From: Marsupella aquatica
Taxonomy: Eukaryota; Plantae; Marchantiophyta
Reading direction: 5' to 3'
Assembly: GCA_973895155.1 (NCBI GenBank)
Contig: OZ316891.1
Location: 31,627,112 to 31,691,111 of the forward strand
Length of the DNA stretch: 64,000 nucleotides
Part shown: positions 1-13,284 of the stretch, piece by piece
Numbering within the stretch: position 1 is the stretch's first letter
Layout: the number at the start of each line of letters is the position of its first letter
Notes under the pieces: model-generated
What the model was told of the DNA's origin: nothing
Database searches by the model: none
What the model saw: the letters and a program-made list of their open reading frames with translations, nothing else
Made by a program: the position numbers and the translations under genes

Positions 1-2276
1 TGTGAAAAAACCGACATCCAAGAGAACGGTCATCCAACTCTAGGCCAGAAGCCCTACAGGCAGGACAGTCATATTGGCAACTGTGCACACACCCTTGGGC
101 CCTAATTTGTGGCGGGTCATGTACAAGAGACAGAAATACCAAGGATGTTGGGAAGGGTGGAGAAGCAGGTATAGGGCGGCTGTAGTTGTTCCTGGCAACA
201 ACTGGGTACTCAAAGTACCATGCAGACTGGGCTGGAAGGATCCCAAGTCTGACATACTCAAGGCGCAACATCTCTGCCTTGCGTGCAAGCCGCACATGTT
301 CAGCATTGCGGGTCCTCACCATAAGTGTTGCTTTTGTGGAGATGTCGTGTGTTCACGTCCTCTGATAAGCACCTTCGATCAACAAGGTGAGCAGGAGCTG
401 TACTTGCCTCACCAACAGCAACCAACCTTAAATTATCAGTTCCCACTCACTGTGTCATTCCATTGGTTCCAGCTAGGGGTCACAGTGTAAACATAGCATG
501 AAACACTCCTAATCAACTTGCTTACAAACTACAATATCTAGAAAGAGTGAAAGTCTCACCCTCCAGTGAGCAGTAGAGAGGTAGTTCACTGGATGTGTTG
601 ATGTGTAGTTAAACCTCCACTATTGCTTACTTCCGGTGTATGCTGCTCAGAAGAAGACATATTAGTAGCAGCAAATTGCAAATAATGGCCATAAGCAAAC
701 CGTGAGAGTTTGCAGAATGCTACGACAACTATTCATCCATCACAGCAGTGCTCCACAGGAATGAAACCAAGCAAAATTTGGTGACCTCGGCCAATGACAA
801 AGCCAATGTAGTGAACAATCCTTGACCGATCAGGATATGGATTGGAATTACAATTAGTCAGCTCTTCTTCTTTGTTTTCTAACTCTGGGGAAATGAGCAT
901 GACCAGGGAATTCTCTGAGAAATAGAAGTGCACAGGGAAAATGAAATTGGCTCATTCAGCTGCGCAAGATGGACCATTGCAGCATACTTGGACAGTTGTT
1001 CCGCAATACATAAAATACCCTAACTTACATGCAATCGATACAATCTGCTTCTGTTGGCTATCCTACAGCTCACGGCAGTGCCGTTGGGATAGGGTAAGTG
1101 AATATTGCCATAGCTGAAGCACATTGAGCTTGCAGCATTAAGTGAAGGAGCATGGCCAAAAGCAGAAAAGACAGATAGGTTTTACAAGAAGAAACTAACA
1201 ACCGCCAATCTGCTCAAATCCGCTGCATAGATCAAACCCTCCGAACTACACAGCCCTCTTTTGAAAACAATCCAATGTGCTTTGGCTGGTGGAGGACAAG
1301 GACTGGGAGAAGAGGAAACGTCTACACAATCAATCCAAATGACGGGACACAAAGACCAGGCACAGAGAGGATTTGTGCTTAGACAAAAACCACAAATTGT
1401 AGCATGGGCGCCATAGCATTCTAGACAAAGCACAAAACATAGAATCTATGAATCTATGACTCATGGACTAACAAAATGCTTGGGTAGCATGGCAAAAGGA
1501 AAGACAAATTTCAAAATGACAACATGGCCCGTTTCCGCCATTCATTTGATGTTGCTAGGTGTCCGTAAGATGACTGACCCACAGACAATCCCGACAACCT
1601 CATCTGACAGACTGCTTTTCTAGTGTGAAGAAATACATGATTACAAGCAACACCACGCCTCATCCAAGCAGGGAATTGAAAACATAACCATGTCATTCCT
1701 GTATTGGACAGTGTCCTCTACCATTGCACTGCATAGTTGTTATTCCATGTTGGTTGTCAACAGTTTGTTGGCTTGCCATAGCCTAGATAGAACAATAAAA
1801 TACTATACATGAATACAACAAGAAAAATCTGCATACAGCGATGGCCCGGTCACTTGAGGAAAAACCAAAACTAAGAAGGCAGGCACATGGGCAACCGAGA
1901 AAAAAAGCTAGTGGCGCCTCGCGGAGAATCCAGAATGGTAATGCCCTTGCCCAGAAGCTTGGGAAACAAAAGAGAAAAAAGCAAAAACGAGCTACCGACC
2001 ACCGTCTTGACCAGGCCCGCCACAAGGTATGGCTGGAGGCTGTGGTCCCCCCCTTAGTAAAGAAAAGGATGCAAGTGTGTGCAAGGGGCACAAGGCATGT
2101 TCGGATCCAGGGAGGAGCACAACAGTAATGTCAAGCAAGAAGTGTGGAGAGACCAAATAGTAAACAAAAATAGGGGAGAACAAACATACATCAGCAACAG
2201 CAGGAAACGAGAAAGTTGATTTGGGAGGGATTGTAGGGAGAGAGCTTTTGGTGGGCTCGGCTACGCGTGAAATATC

Positions 2277-3269
2277 GGGAGATAGATGCGCGAGAGAGTG
2301 AAGAGGGTGGCAAGCGGAAGACAGGTTGGGACTGGACCCTTGGTGCCGGGGGGTAATATATGGGGTAATATACGCAGAGACAAAGCTGTACTCACTTGAT
2401 TGAGTAGGCAAGTGGGTGGACAAAGATCAACAACCGCAGTAGCAGCACAGCCAGAGAGGCAACAAAGGGGAAATTTCAGCAAAGGTAAGCGACACAGACA
2501 ACTCACCCTCCGTCTCACCCTCCCAGCTCCAAAGTTGCAAGAGCAAGAAGTCAAAGGCACTGAAACAAAGCGGGTGGCAGTTTCAGTATCTCAGGCAATG
2601 CAAAATTAATCCATACTTAATCAGCCCTGGCCACACGTTCCTTCAAAGCCCCTCATACTAGCAAGCAGGTCTGGCCTGTGAATCTTGTAGTGCTTAACAA
2701 TACAAAGCCTTCCCAACCACCAATTCAAAAGTAGCAAAAATAGATCGAAAGCTAGTTCCGATGATAGCTCCCAAAAGCTTTCCTCAGCCCGATTCCTATG
2801 CACATCAGAGGAGCTCAAACCATTTAGAAATGAGATCACAGATTACTCTTGACAATCTCAAAAATGCCACAACCTAAGCACTGACAGCTCCGTCCCCCCA
2901 TTCTAATTTCTTCGACAAGTTTGCCTTAAAGCACATCCACTCGCAGTTCAAGCAGATTCAGAATCATCATAGACAATAGAGTGCTCCACCATAGCCCACG
3001 GTAGGTCCACGACCATCGTAACGAACGCTCCGCCCAGCTCCGCCCCTACCGGGGCTTATTAGTATTGCTCACTTTTAAGAAGGGCAGTTTTCGCAAAAGC
3101 AGTCTAATTGCCTAGACTGCACTAGAAAAGTTGGAGGCAATATCACAGCGGAGCATTCTGCGTCTAAGGGCCAGCGACGCCGTTCAGGAGATAGATGCGC
3201 GAGAGAGTGAAGATGGTGGGGAGCAAAAGACGGGTTGGGACTGGACCCTTGGTGCCGGTGGGTAATATG
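2277..3269. repeat. Dispersed ~83-bp direct repeat (2277-2359 and 3187-3269)
   Basis: Both copies read GGAGATAGATGCGCGAGAGAGTGAAGA...GGTTGGGACTGGACCCTTGGTGCCGG..GGTAATAT. Confidence 0.85.
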
Positions 3270-5280
3270 TGGGGTTTCAATGAACAATGGGCCAGTTTGA
3301 GGAGGATTAAGAAGCGCGCACCCCACGTTCTTGTGTGGTGGTTGGGTGGGGTTTTGTTTGATAGAAGAAGAAATCACCATTCTCTTATGGAAGAAAGAAA
3401 ATCGCAGGAAACAGTGGGCGAGAGAACAAGGCATGTAATAGAGTACTTGCGGTTACTCTAACGGTGCACGAACACTCACCTTTGTCTTCCGCTTTGTCTG
3501 CTGTGGCCGACAAATCCCAGAGCGCTGCCGAGCTCGGTGGTTGCTTGATGGTTGAAAGTGCGCAGCTCACGTCCCTACCTCAATGTCCAACTCAATGTGG
3601 GATGCAGCAGCTTCTCTTGGTCGCATCTCCTCTTGGTTGCATCTCCTCCTTGTCGCAGCTCCTCTTGGGGTTCACAGCTAGCGCGCAGCAGCACTCGATG
3701 GTTGACAATGCGCAGCTGAGCTAGGAGAAGAACTGAATGATTGTCTGCTCTTCTCTGCAGTCCAAGCACCCGACTGGCAGCTCTGCAAACCCTGATCGTA
3801 GCTGCAATCTCTACTCCGTTGATTGAAGAGCCTCCCTCTTCAAAGCTCGGTTGACCTAGCTCTACGATTGACGGAGCTTGTCATCCTCTGCATCAAAAAC
3901 CCTCCACCACCCGACCTTGCGCGTACTTCAGGAAGCTCCTTACCACCAACCGCTTCTCGGGGATGCCTTGCAACAATGTCCTTACCACCTAACGACTCTC
4001 AAGGCTGACTCTCCCAAACCAATGCAAACCCCTTGCAATCTAATACACTGTGTCCAAACAGAGGCAGAACTGTCAAAAGCGCTCGCAGTAGTGGACGCAG
4101 CAATGTGAAGTGAATGAGCTCCGACCTTCCCTCGCAAAATGCTTACCCTAAACTCTGCTCGTATGCTAAACTCACAAACATTCCGCAGGTCGTTCTGTCG
4201 CAAAGCACAAATGATGGGGCCCAAACGCATGGGGCGCGGACACTCGATACTTCCCTTCACAAAAACCCAGTTTCATACGATGACCAAAGCATACTCACCC
4301 TAACCCAAGACTTAGTGCAAACAGGACCCTAAACGCTAATCCAGGGCCCGTTTCCGTTGAGTTGAGCCGTTAGGCTTGATAAGTCATGGCCAGAGTCTTG
4401 ATGTAGGGGAACAATGTGGACTTAATTAGGCAACAAATGAGTACATTTGGGTGAGGGTAAAGGATAACTTTAAATAAATCCCTTTGGTGACAAAGATGAG
4501 GCCACTTAATCAGTTGTGCCCCACCCTAACCCCCCCCCCTCCGGGCCCCCCTCATGGAATTACCTCTATCAAAAGTACCCTAAGTTATGAAAAGTACCCG
4601 TTACATGGACCTGTTTTGAGAGTTGAAAGATAATCAGAAGTAAAGGGACCATGGAGAAGAGGGGGCCAATGTAATTAAGTCAAGCATCACTCATTCAAAA
4701 TCCACATGGACATAGTTGGGTACTATATGAGACACCAGGGGACAAGACATTTTTGAAGGGTTGGCATATTTACCCTCATCCCTAAACTTGGATGTCGTGC
4801 ACATAACATCCACTCTCCTACCCCAAGTACAAAACAACTCCTAACAACTTAGGCCCAATGTAGTCACTTGTGCCCAACCATGTTCGTTAAGAGCCTAAAT
4901 GTTTTCATTTCACCCACATTGCATGTTGTTGGGGGTTCCATGGTCTGTTATTATAATGTAACTCCTCATGTGAACTTTGTGAAATTTAGTATTTAAGGGA
5001 CCATGGAGAAAGTAGGCCAATGGAGTAATTGGAACCATGAACCTTTTTGGTCACAAATAAGGCCATCTAATGAGTTATGCCCCTTGCTATCATTATCTTT
5101 ATAGAATTAACCCTCTTCAACATAAGTGATCATTACCCATGTAGTCCTAGACTATTCACCGTTCACAAAGTAGCAAGGACCCTTCTCATAGTCATTTAGA
5201 GAACCATATAACACTAATAGTCTTTTGTAGTTTTCAACAAAACCGGCACAATGAGAGCGAGTCGTTTCAAGTATGGAAAA

Positions 5281-5340
5281 AGGACTTAGTGGGCTTAGTC
5301 CTATAAGGTATGGTCTAAATGGCCCCGGTTTCTACTAGTG
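5281..5340. mobile_element. Right terminus of a CACTA (EnSpm) DNA transposon; its body probably occupies 1-5340 and its other end lies outside the window
   Basis: Sequence ends ...TTTCTACTAGTG (reverse complement CACTAGTAGAAA) exactly where homology to 60601-60682 stops. There is a subterminal palindrome AGGACTTAGTGGGCTTAGTCCT. The next 3 bases (ATT) would be the 3-bp TSD, but its partner is not seen. Confidence 0.6.
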
Positions 5341-5663
5341 ATTGAACCCCTGATTGAGCATAAATCTCAATTTGCCAATCCGCCATCCCCTAGTCTACTC
5401 CCTCCCACTAACCCTACACATGCATCACATACACACACAACAAACTACTTTTAATAAACAATAGTCAATTATATATCACAATTTACTCACACTTTGAATG
5501 TATGTAGTCAAAGCCTGCAAGTCACTTGCATCTAGTACATACACTCTGTCAACTATCCCAGACTTCATTGTCAAGTTCACATTTGAAATTACCATTTCAA
5601 TATCAATTGTCCATCTGTTGCATCATAAGTGAACAAAGTTTTGTTGTTACCAGTAGATTTGTA

Positions 5664-8600
5664 TCAATTACACTGCAAGCGACACACACTTCCACTCTGT
5701 CCAATTGCAGGCACAGGCCTGTCCAACAAATCTATTGCTTTCCAACGTCTGACCCAATGGGAGCCATTCTTCTGTATCATAAACTCAATCCTCCCCAACC
5801 AATATTCCTTCTTTGCAGATGTTGCGTCAACAACAGGCCCTTTATCTATTCCCTTCCTCTTCTTTGACTTGGATGATCTGGTAGAAGGACCAACCTCTGC
5901 AGCAGACTCAAACAAAACTGCTATATCAGTACCAATGTCAACCAAACAAGTCATAGAGTCACCATTTTCCTTCTCCTTACCAGTAGTGTAATAGGTCTTG
6001 TGGGCTATCCTAGTTAGCCTATCCTTTGACATGAAAGGATTGCAGCACAATTGACTCACAAGAGTGGACTTGTAGGTAGTCCTTCCCTCATAAGTTATAG
6101 TAGACACTACTGACCGGGGTGTCTGCACATCAGTTAAGTCTGCTTGAACTCCATTAAAATGCCTTACTTCATGTCCTAGTGTCTCCATTTCACAAAATGG
6201 GTTAGTGTCCACCTCAATCAAACAATCATCAACTGTTAGTGGCTCAATACAATCCTGACTGTCTAGAGTGTTGATCCCATGAATCAATCCGATTGAGATC
6301 TTCTTCAGGATCTTCAAAATCTAGAAACTCTCCAATTGGGGGCTCAGGTCTAGGGCCTACAGTAGATCGATGTTCAACTGTGTCTTCAGCGTCATCACAT
6401 AACACAACCTCTTTCATGACACTTGTATCCGGCCAAGTCTCTGCCTCCACCTCCCAAGGATGAACCCACCATCGTCTTTTCGCTGCTAGCAAAGAACTCC
6501 TTGGTGACATGTTCAACTTGCACAACAAATCCTTTGCTTCCTGCAAACCTTCCTTTAGAGCATCAACAACCAGCTCATTAGTCTAAACTGTAGAGTAATC
6601 AAATAAATTTGGAGCTTGTTCTCCTTCATCCAGAGGATGTAAAGTTGCCCAAACATGATACTGTTTATCATGTGATGGACGTATCTTCAATCCCTCTGGT
6701 CCATACTCTAATCCAGCTAGTCAATTTAGTCCCACTGCACTGTCCAGTAGAGATCCAAAGTCATAATTTCTCTCATGGCCACTCATGCCACCTACCTTGC
6801 TGAAAAATATCTCACAACAATCTGATCCCAGCAAGTGAAATGGAACTTGCAAATATGGGAACTTGTCCCGAAAGGCACAGAGTAACAATACTACAAAATG
6901 ACAAGACATGTTGATATCATGGAAAGCCTGCACAGAAATCATGTTCTTCTCTGTGATAGATCCAGCATTCCCTATCACAGAATGATCACCATACCTCAAC
7001 CATAGCCTCCACAATCGGAAGAACCAAGATACCTTTGATGCCAAGACAACACGGGTTCTTAGGTCATGCTTAACAGAGAAGAAAATATCCATGTAGTCTG
7101 CACAAACCTCCAAGTATATCATGGTCCCAAAGCTTCTGTCATGACGAACATCTCGTCGCTCATACATATGCTGCAGGCAGGCCTCCACTCTCCTGGAAGC
7201 TATTCATTGTGGGCCAGCCTAGTTTTGTCTATCTGTCCTATTCACATCATCCCAATGCAAACCATGCTCATGAATTGCATAATGGTTATAAACAAATGTG
7301 ACATATGACAAAGATGCATGCTGATCACCAAGAACTAACATAGCAGACACTCGGTCCAATGGGTTAATTGCCTTCTTGCCATTGTGAGGTGGGTCTTGAT
7401 CTCCAAAACCATATAGATCTCCATTCGGAAGTATGGACACTGAGTATTGCCACCCAACCCATCCTACACTGTACCTAGGAAAGGAACCATTCACAGCAGT
7501 ATAATCTTCCATCATCAATTTCCTACGACGGGCATCACCATCACTAGCATGGCCCAACAAAGGACCAACACTGTCTCTGCAATGTGTGTCCCACATGGAC
7601 TTCAGCTGCACGCAATGCTCTCTTACCCAGGGAGCTCTAAACTTGTTACATGTTGGTAGAACACACAATGCCAATTTAGGCATCTTTGCATGCAGAGGAT
7701 TGACAATGATTACTCTAGCATACATGCCTTTGGTATACTGCTCAAAAGTACTTACAATCTTGTCATACCCTTCAGTACCTGCTCCAACCAGTACTTCCAA
7801 GCCAAAAGAACATGTGTGCTCCTCTAAGGGGCCACAGAAACCAATGAGGGTGTCATATTTAGCTTCCCATCTATCACACACAATACAAAACACACATCAG
7901 CTCATGACGTGCAAACTCATCCAACACATTCAAAAGAACAAGCTAATTTACTAGAGACAAAAACACAAACCTGGGTCTCTCTTTTATCCTTGTTTCATCC
8001 TCAGCAAACATTACTGGTACATCTCCTGAAATTCCAAGTGACTGCTTTGATGCACATAGTACTCTGCACACCTCCTGGAATATCTCTTTTTGAATGCCAG
8101 CTCTAAAGGGTGGTAGTTTTGCTCTATCACATTTCAAGGTCTTCAGACCTGGACCACCTAGGTTTGCCTGGAAACAATGAGCCACTTGTCTACCTTGGGA
8201 AAAGGCCTTGGTTCTCTTACTGTATCGATAACCCTTAGCAACTCTCTGCAAGTTCTTAGCTAAATCTGTCAGGAAATCCCACAACCCTTCCTTGCCACCA
8301 AAAGCACCACGCCTATGTCCATTCACAATATTTCTCAGAAACAGTCTTAAATCTTTCCTATCATGGGCTACTCCTAATAAATCTTCTAGCTTCTTTCGCC
8401 TAACACTCAAGGCACAAATTTTCTGAGCCTGTTGTGCCAACAGCCAACGCTGTTTCCTAAAGCGAGTGTTGAGGTTACCAGTTACATGTTCCCTCAGTTT
8501 GGTTTTGGTCAAGTATGCCAACCTCATCCCACCCTGTGTAATCCTGTCTCCTCTCTGCACTAATGCTTCCGCTTCCCTGTGCACCTTGCCACAAAAATCA

Positions 8601-9878
8601 TTCATGTTTTATAGAATCACATAGAGTGCAAGTGAGGTGTTGAAAACCACCTCCATTAATGGACACCCTGTGACATTGCTTGTGCCTAAAACAACCCTGT
8701 ATACCAACAACTGACTGGCTAGTTACATTGAAAACCTCAGCATAGGTGGTACGGTCATAGTCCCAGACATTCCCTCCCTCTTGATCATCAAGTATGCCCT
8801 TCACATCCATAGAATCCCCTGTCCACTTGACCTCTGACTCCCACAAGCCCCAACAAAGCAAACTTAAACTTGGCTCAACGGAGGAATACAACCCACCTCT
8901 GCCTGAACTGCTCCTTGCAGCAGAGCTGTCCTCTCTAAAGAAATTCAGAATAGAATTTTGAGATGGAAACAGATCACGAGCATCAGGCTTCCTTGGTCTC
9001 CCCTTCTTCCCTGCCCTCAGTGCAGCCTGGGTATTGGTGACGACATTCTCAAGTGCATCCATATGATCCCGACTGACAAGGTGTTGCCTTAAATTGTGTT
9101 CCAAATTGGATTTCTTATGGCACATGTTAGTATGTAGCTTGCCATAGACTGTACATCTAACCTTAAACAGGAATGACCTCTGTGCAAATGTTGGATCAGT
9201 GGGAGATGGTGTGATAGAGAACACTTCTACCACCCCACCTACCTCTGCATTCAACTTTTGCACTATTTCCACACCAGCCCCTATTTGCATACTATGATCA
9301 AACAATGGTTGCTGTATAGTGTCAGCAGCCGTCACCAAAGCTCCAGCTAAACCCCTTCGCTTACACCAGTTCTCCTTGTGTTTAGGGTTGGTCAGGTGCT
9401 TTGTCTTGAAGTTGCTAAAGCAATTTGCGATGGACTTGAGCACCTGTGAAGTGGCTGCATTCCCATAAGTCTCCCTACACTCTAAGCATTCTAGATGACC
9501 TCGACACTCCCCTCCCTCATGCCATGTTTGCACTTTCCACTGGTGCTCACCAAAGCCCTTCTGGTTCACCCAGGATCGTAGCTTCAACCACTCATCATTC
9601 CAGGCCTTTGATGCAGCCTCAGACATGAGGTGAGACTCAAAGGAGCCTGTGACAGGCTGTACAATAGCCTGTACTGGCACCCCTTGTGTTTGTCCTTGAG
9701 ACAATGGAGTCGTGCCTGCCACATTGGACACAGTGGCAGTAGATGAATGAGAGGAACCAATAGTGACCCTCTCAGTAGGCAAGGCAACTGAGGGTAACTC
9801 TGCAATCACGTAAATTGTCCCTTGAAGTTCAGTCACCCCAATAGTCTTCTCTGAAAAGCGCCGGACTCGACCAGGCAA
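5664..9878 (-). pseudogene. P-element/THAP9-like DDE transposase, disrupted (copy 1)
   Basis: Ordered motifs are FAEDETRIK (D1), GHASDGD (D2), DQDPPHNGKK (DxxH), DRQN and GSDCCEIFFS (E). N-terminal CxxC...H...H zinc-finger-like motifs are present. There is a GT-AG intron between ..KERPR and WEAKYD.., plus several stops and frameshifts. Confidence 0.75.
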
Positions 9879-11176
9879 CCTCTCATCCCAAAAATCGAAG
9901 TCAAACTCTACTGCACCAACACATTTCAGACGAAAATCTGCCAGAGTCTGCCTTCTTTGAAGGACATGACACAGATTGGCGTATCAGGCTTTCCTCCCTC
10001 CTCACCCTTTTCTACCAATCTGACAGAGCTCATGCCTAGGTGTGCCATGATGGACAGTTATACAGGCTGTGAAAGTAAGGGATAGGGATTAGGTACATGA
10101 ACCTGTCATACAACAATGGACAGACATAGAAAAAGATCAGGACTCAAGTCAACCATTCACAATGTCATTTGAACACTCAATAGACTATTGTAGTCAATGA
10201 AACTTACTTGAGTCCATTTCAGTTCATCAACCTTCCATTTCATTCAACCAAATACTTAAGTCCATTTCATTCATCAAAAAACTCAAGTCCATAGCATTCA
10301 ACCAAATACTTAAGTATAATTTACACAAGGGATTACACAAGGTGAGCATTGGACTGCGGGGCCTGCCATCGACTGATCGCTGGGAGGTTGAGGTCTGAGC
10401 TACTGGCTAGGTCTAGATTGTGCTTGGCCCCGTTACGCTTTGGGGCCTCCGAACATTCACAGGTGAACTCTGATGCGATGGTCTAAGTTGGAAGCGCAAA
10501 TTGTTTATTAGCTACCTCGGATGTAAACTGGAGGCTTACGGAATCGTGGAGCGTTTTGTGGGGTACTACACCAGGATCACAGGGGAGTACGCTCTGTGCC
10601 CCACTAGGATCGTGGTGGAGCACTCCATCTCTGTCCTAGATGGTTCAAGATAATTTCTACAAAGCAAAGCGAGATGGTACGGTGACACTCTGAAGTGGAA
10701 TTTGCCATGCTCCCATTGACTGTCTCTTGAGGGCGTAGTATTGGAAGGCTTGAATCTGCCGCTGCCGGTTACTCGGGACTTCTTTTGACGACACGACGTT
10801 GGATGCGGGGCCGCTGCGGTGCAACTAGCTGAAGGTGCATTGGACTCCTCTGCTAGCTAAATGCCTGCACGATCAAGCCTTGCTGAACGCCGGATGAACT
10901 TCAACCCTTTGCTCGAAGATTATTGAGCTGGGGGCCTGGGGAACCTCGGATTATCTAGCTAGGATAAGATTGAACTGCAACGACATTAAGTATTTGCAAC
11001 AATACTTATCAACGCACTTGGATAAGGAGCAATACGTGCCCAAGGTCGGCTGTGTTCGAAGAAGGGCTGGATAGACACACTTGAATGACACCCACACAAC
11101 AATCCAAACAAGGTGAGACCGAGATCCAAGCTCACATTCTTTTGCATCGCTGCTCTTTGCTTCGGGTGGACTCACC

Positions 11177-13243
11177 ATGGAGTATGGCAGAACGGGTGGA
11201 TGGGAGGGTGAGAATTCCTCCCGTGCTGCTGGCTATCATGGGGCTCGACCTTATCAAGAGTTCCAGGGGCAGGATTTCTATGGACATGAGCAATTCAGTA
11301 GACAGGATTCTTGGAGTTCGCCACTTCGCGGAGGTGGACGTGGACGTGGACCTTTCTCTGCTAGGTCGGGGCGCCCCCCGTTCGTTGCTCAGCCAACTTA
11401 CGATCTCTTTGCGGATCAGTCAGGAGGATACAACTCCACCAAGGATCTGTAGCGTGCACACCCTGCGGAGGGAATTGAGAACAAGGAAAATGCACAGCCA
11501 ACCACGTCTAGCACCCCCAGGGATGCTGAAATGCCTCATGCTCCCCAAAGGACTCCGGTGGCATAGGACACAATGCTTGGCCATACTCCGACTCATGTTC
11601 AGGAGAAGTCTGCCACTTGGAAGAATGCTGCTTTCGGATCAGGGATAGAACCGGCTGTTGTTACCGAGGATTGCATTAACATACTAAAAGAGATTGGAGA
11701 AGTCACAAAGGGTGACTGGCACCAGAAACTCTTTACTACAGTGGAATGGCCATTGGAAGAAGCAGCCAACAATGTTCGACAATTGTACAATTGTGCTCTA
11801 CTTTGTTATTTCACTGATAGACCTCCGATGCTTCCCACTTTTCGAGCTTGGATAGATGAGCAAATGGTATGTGGGCGAGGCTGGCCGGTGCTGCAGGTCA
11901 AATTTGTTGGTAAGAACTTTTACCTGGTAGTCTTTGCGAGTGCTGATCATCGGGATCTTGCTCTGTCTGCTGCTCCATGGTTCATTGAACGCAAACTAAT
12001 CTTTACATTCCCATGGGACCCCACATTTGATATTCGAACAGAGAAATATACCAAACTACCAGTCTGGATTGAGCTTCCTTTTCGGGCACTGGTGTTGGAA
12101 GGGTGCCGGATTAAGATCGCGGAATCACTGGGCAAGCTGCTGCACTACATCCAGGGGGATGAATACAGCTCATACCCGCATGACAGAGCTTGTATCCTTT
12201 GGGATACGGAACGGGAGGTTCCTTTCAGCGCTCGTGTGAGGATCCGAGAGGATATTATCATCTGGCAACCTATTCAATTCAAGAATATACCATTTCACTG
12301 CTTTAAATGTAATAAGAAGGGACACTTAGCTAGAGAATGCAGAGATGGCTTCGAAGAGGCGGCCAACACGTCTGCTGAGCACATTGAAGGGGAGGAGGAC
12401 GCTCACACACCTGAGGAACTTGATGGGGTGGCTGAAGGGGACCCCGATGAGGTACTGAGGACACAATTGGCGTCGAATCTGCGCGCCAGGGGCAGAGACA
12501 AGCATTTGCCTTGCGCTGGCGGCCCATCGGTGGCAACTGACCTCAACACGGTGGAGTCCTTATTGGAACACATTGAGGATGTGCCTGAAGTGATACCGAT
12601 TCTAACTAGTGGCATTCCACGGGAACGTGTGGCTCTTGCGGGAGGAATTTCCATCCCTCAGAAAGATTTGATCACCCTGCCCACTAAAGAACAAGGGAAC
12701 CTGATATCCTCGCCTGCCCCGACAGTTACTAAGCTTTTGGCCGACGCAAGTATCTTTGTTCCGTCTGGAGATGTCAGCTCGCCTCTGATAGCACCTGGAA
12801 CCTTGGTTGTGCACTCACAGAATGTAGACCCCGAGGCGTTTTCATATCACGGAGATTCTGATGTGGACTTAGAGATGTCCGAATACGAGGAGTATGTCTC
12901 TGGTAAAGGGAAAGAGAGAGTTCGGAAGTTGGATACTCGGACGCCGCCTCCTGCAAAGAAGGACAGGAGCACTCAGGACTCTAAAAAGCAACGTTCCTTA
13001 CATTTCTCACCCACAATTGTGTCGGATGCAGGGACAGGAATGGATGGAGAGGATAGCAGAATGGAGGCTGAGCGGTCCCCTGGATGGAGGGCCGTCCCCT
13101 CTGGTGGCCAGCTCCCACTCTTGACAGGCCTGAATGATACAATGATGGAGGATACTATTGTGGATACTCCGCGTCACCGTCAAGGCCTTATCACTGCTAG
13201 GGATGGCAATGGCTCCTCCCCGGGTGGACGTGCACACATTTGA
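11177..13243 (+). pseudogene. LINE ORF1p (RGG-rich N-terminus, DUF4283-like domain, CCHC zinc knuckle); one in-frame stop at 11450-11452
   Basis: APWF..W.P.F...PVWIELP pattern and CFKCNKKGHLAREC knuckle. ORFs 11177-11452 and 11573-13243 are in the same frame. Confidence 0.85.
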
Positions 13244-13284
13244 GGATTGGCACTCTGCTCTGGTAGCGGAAAGGGGGTCGAAGT

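Noticed and set aside
3042-3063. Helitron 3' end (GC hairpin plus TTAGT)
   Set aside because: The terminus is not CTRR, the spacing is too short, and no 5' TC end or Rep/helicase was identified.
40-4332. Short ORFs in the first 4.3 kb as proteins
   Set aside because: No recognisable domains; they overlap on both strands at lengths expected by chance.
5664-9878. hAT transposase (also 8-bp TSD)
   Set aside because: It has DxxH rather than CxxH, and lacks the hAT TRWN and ERxFS-dimerisation motifs. The motif set fits the P-like group better.
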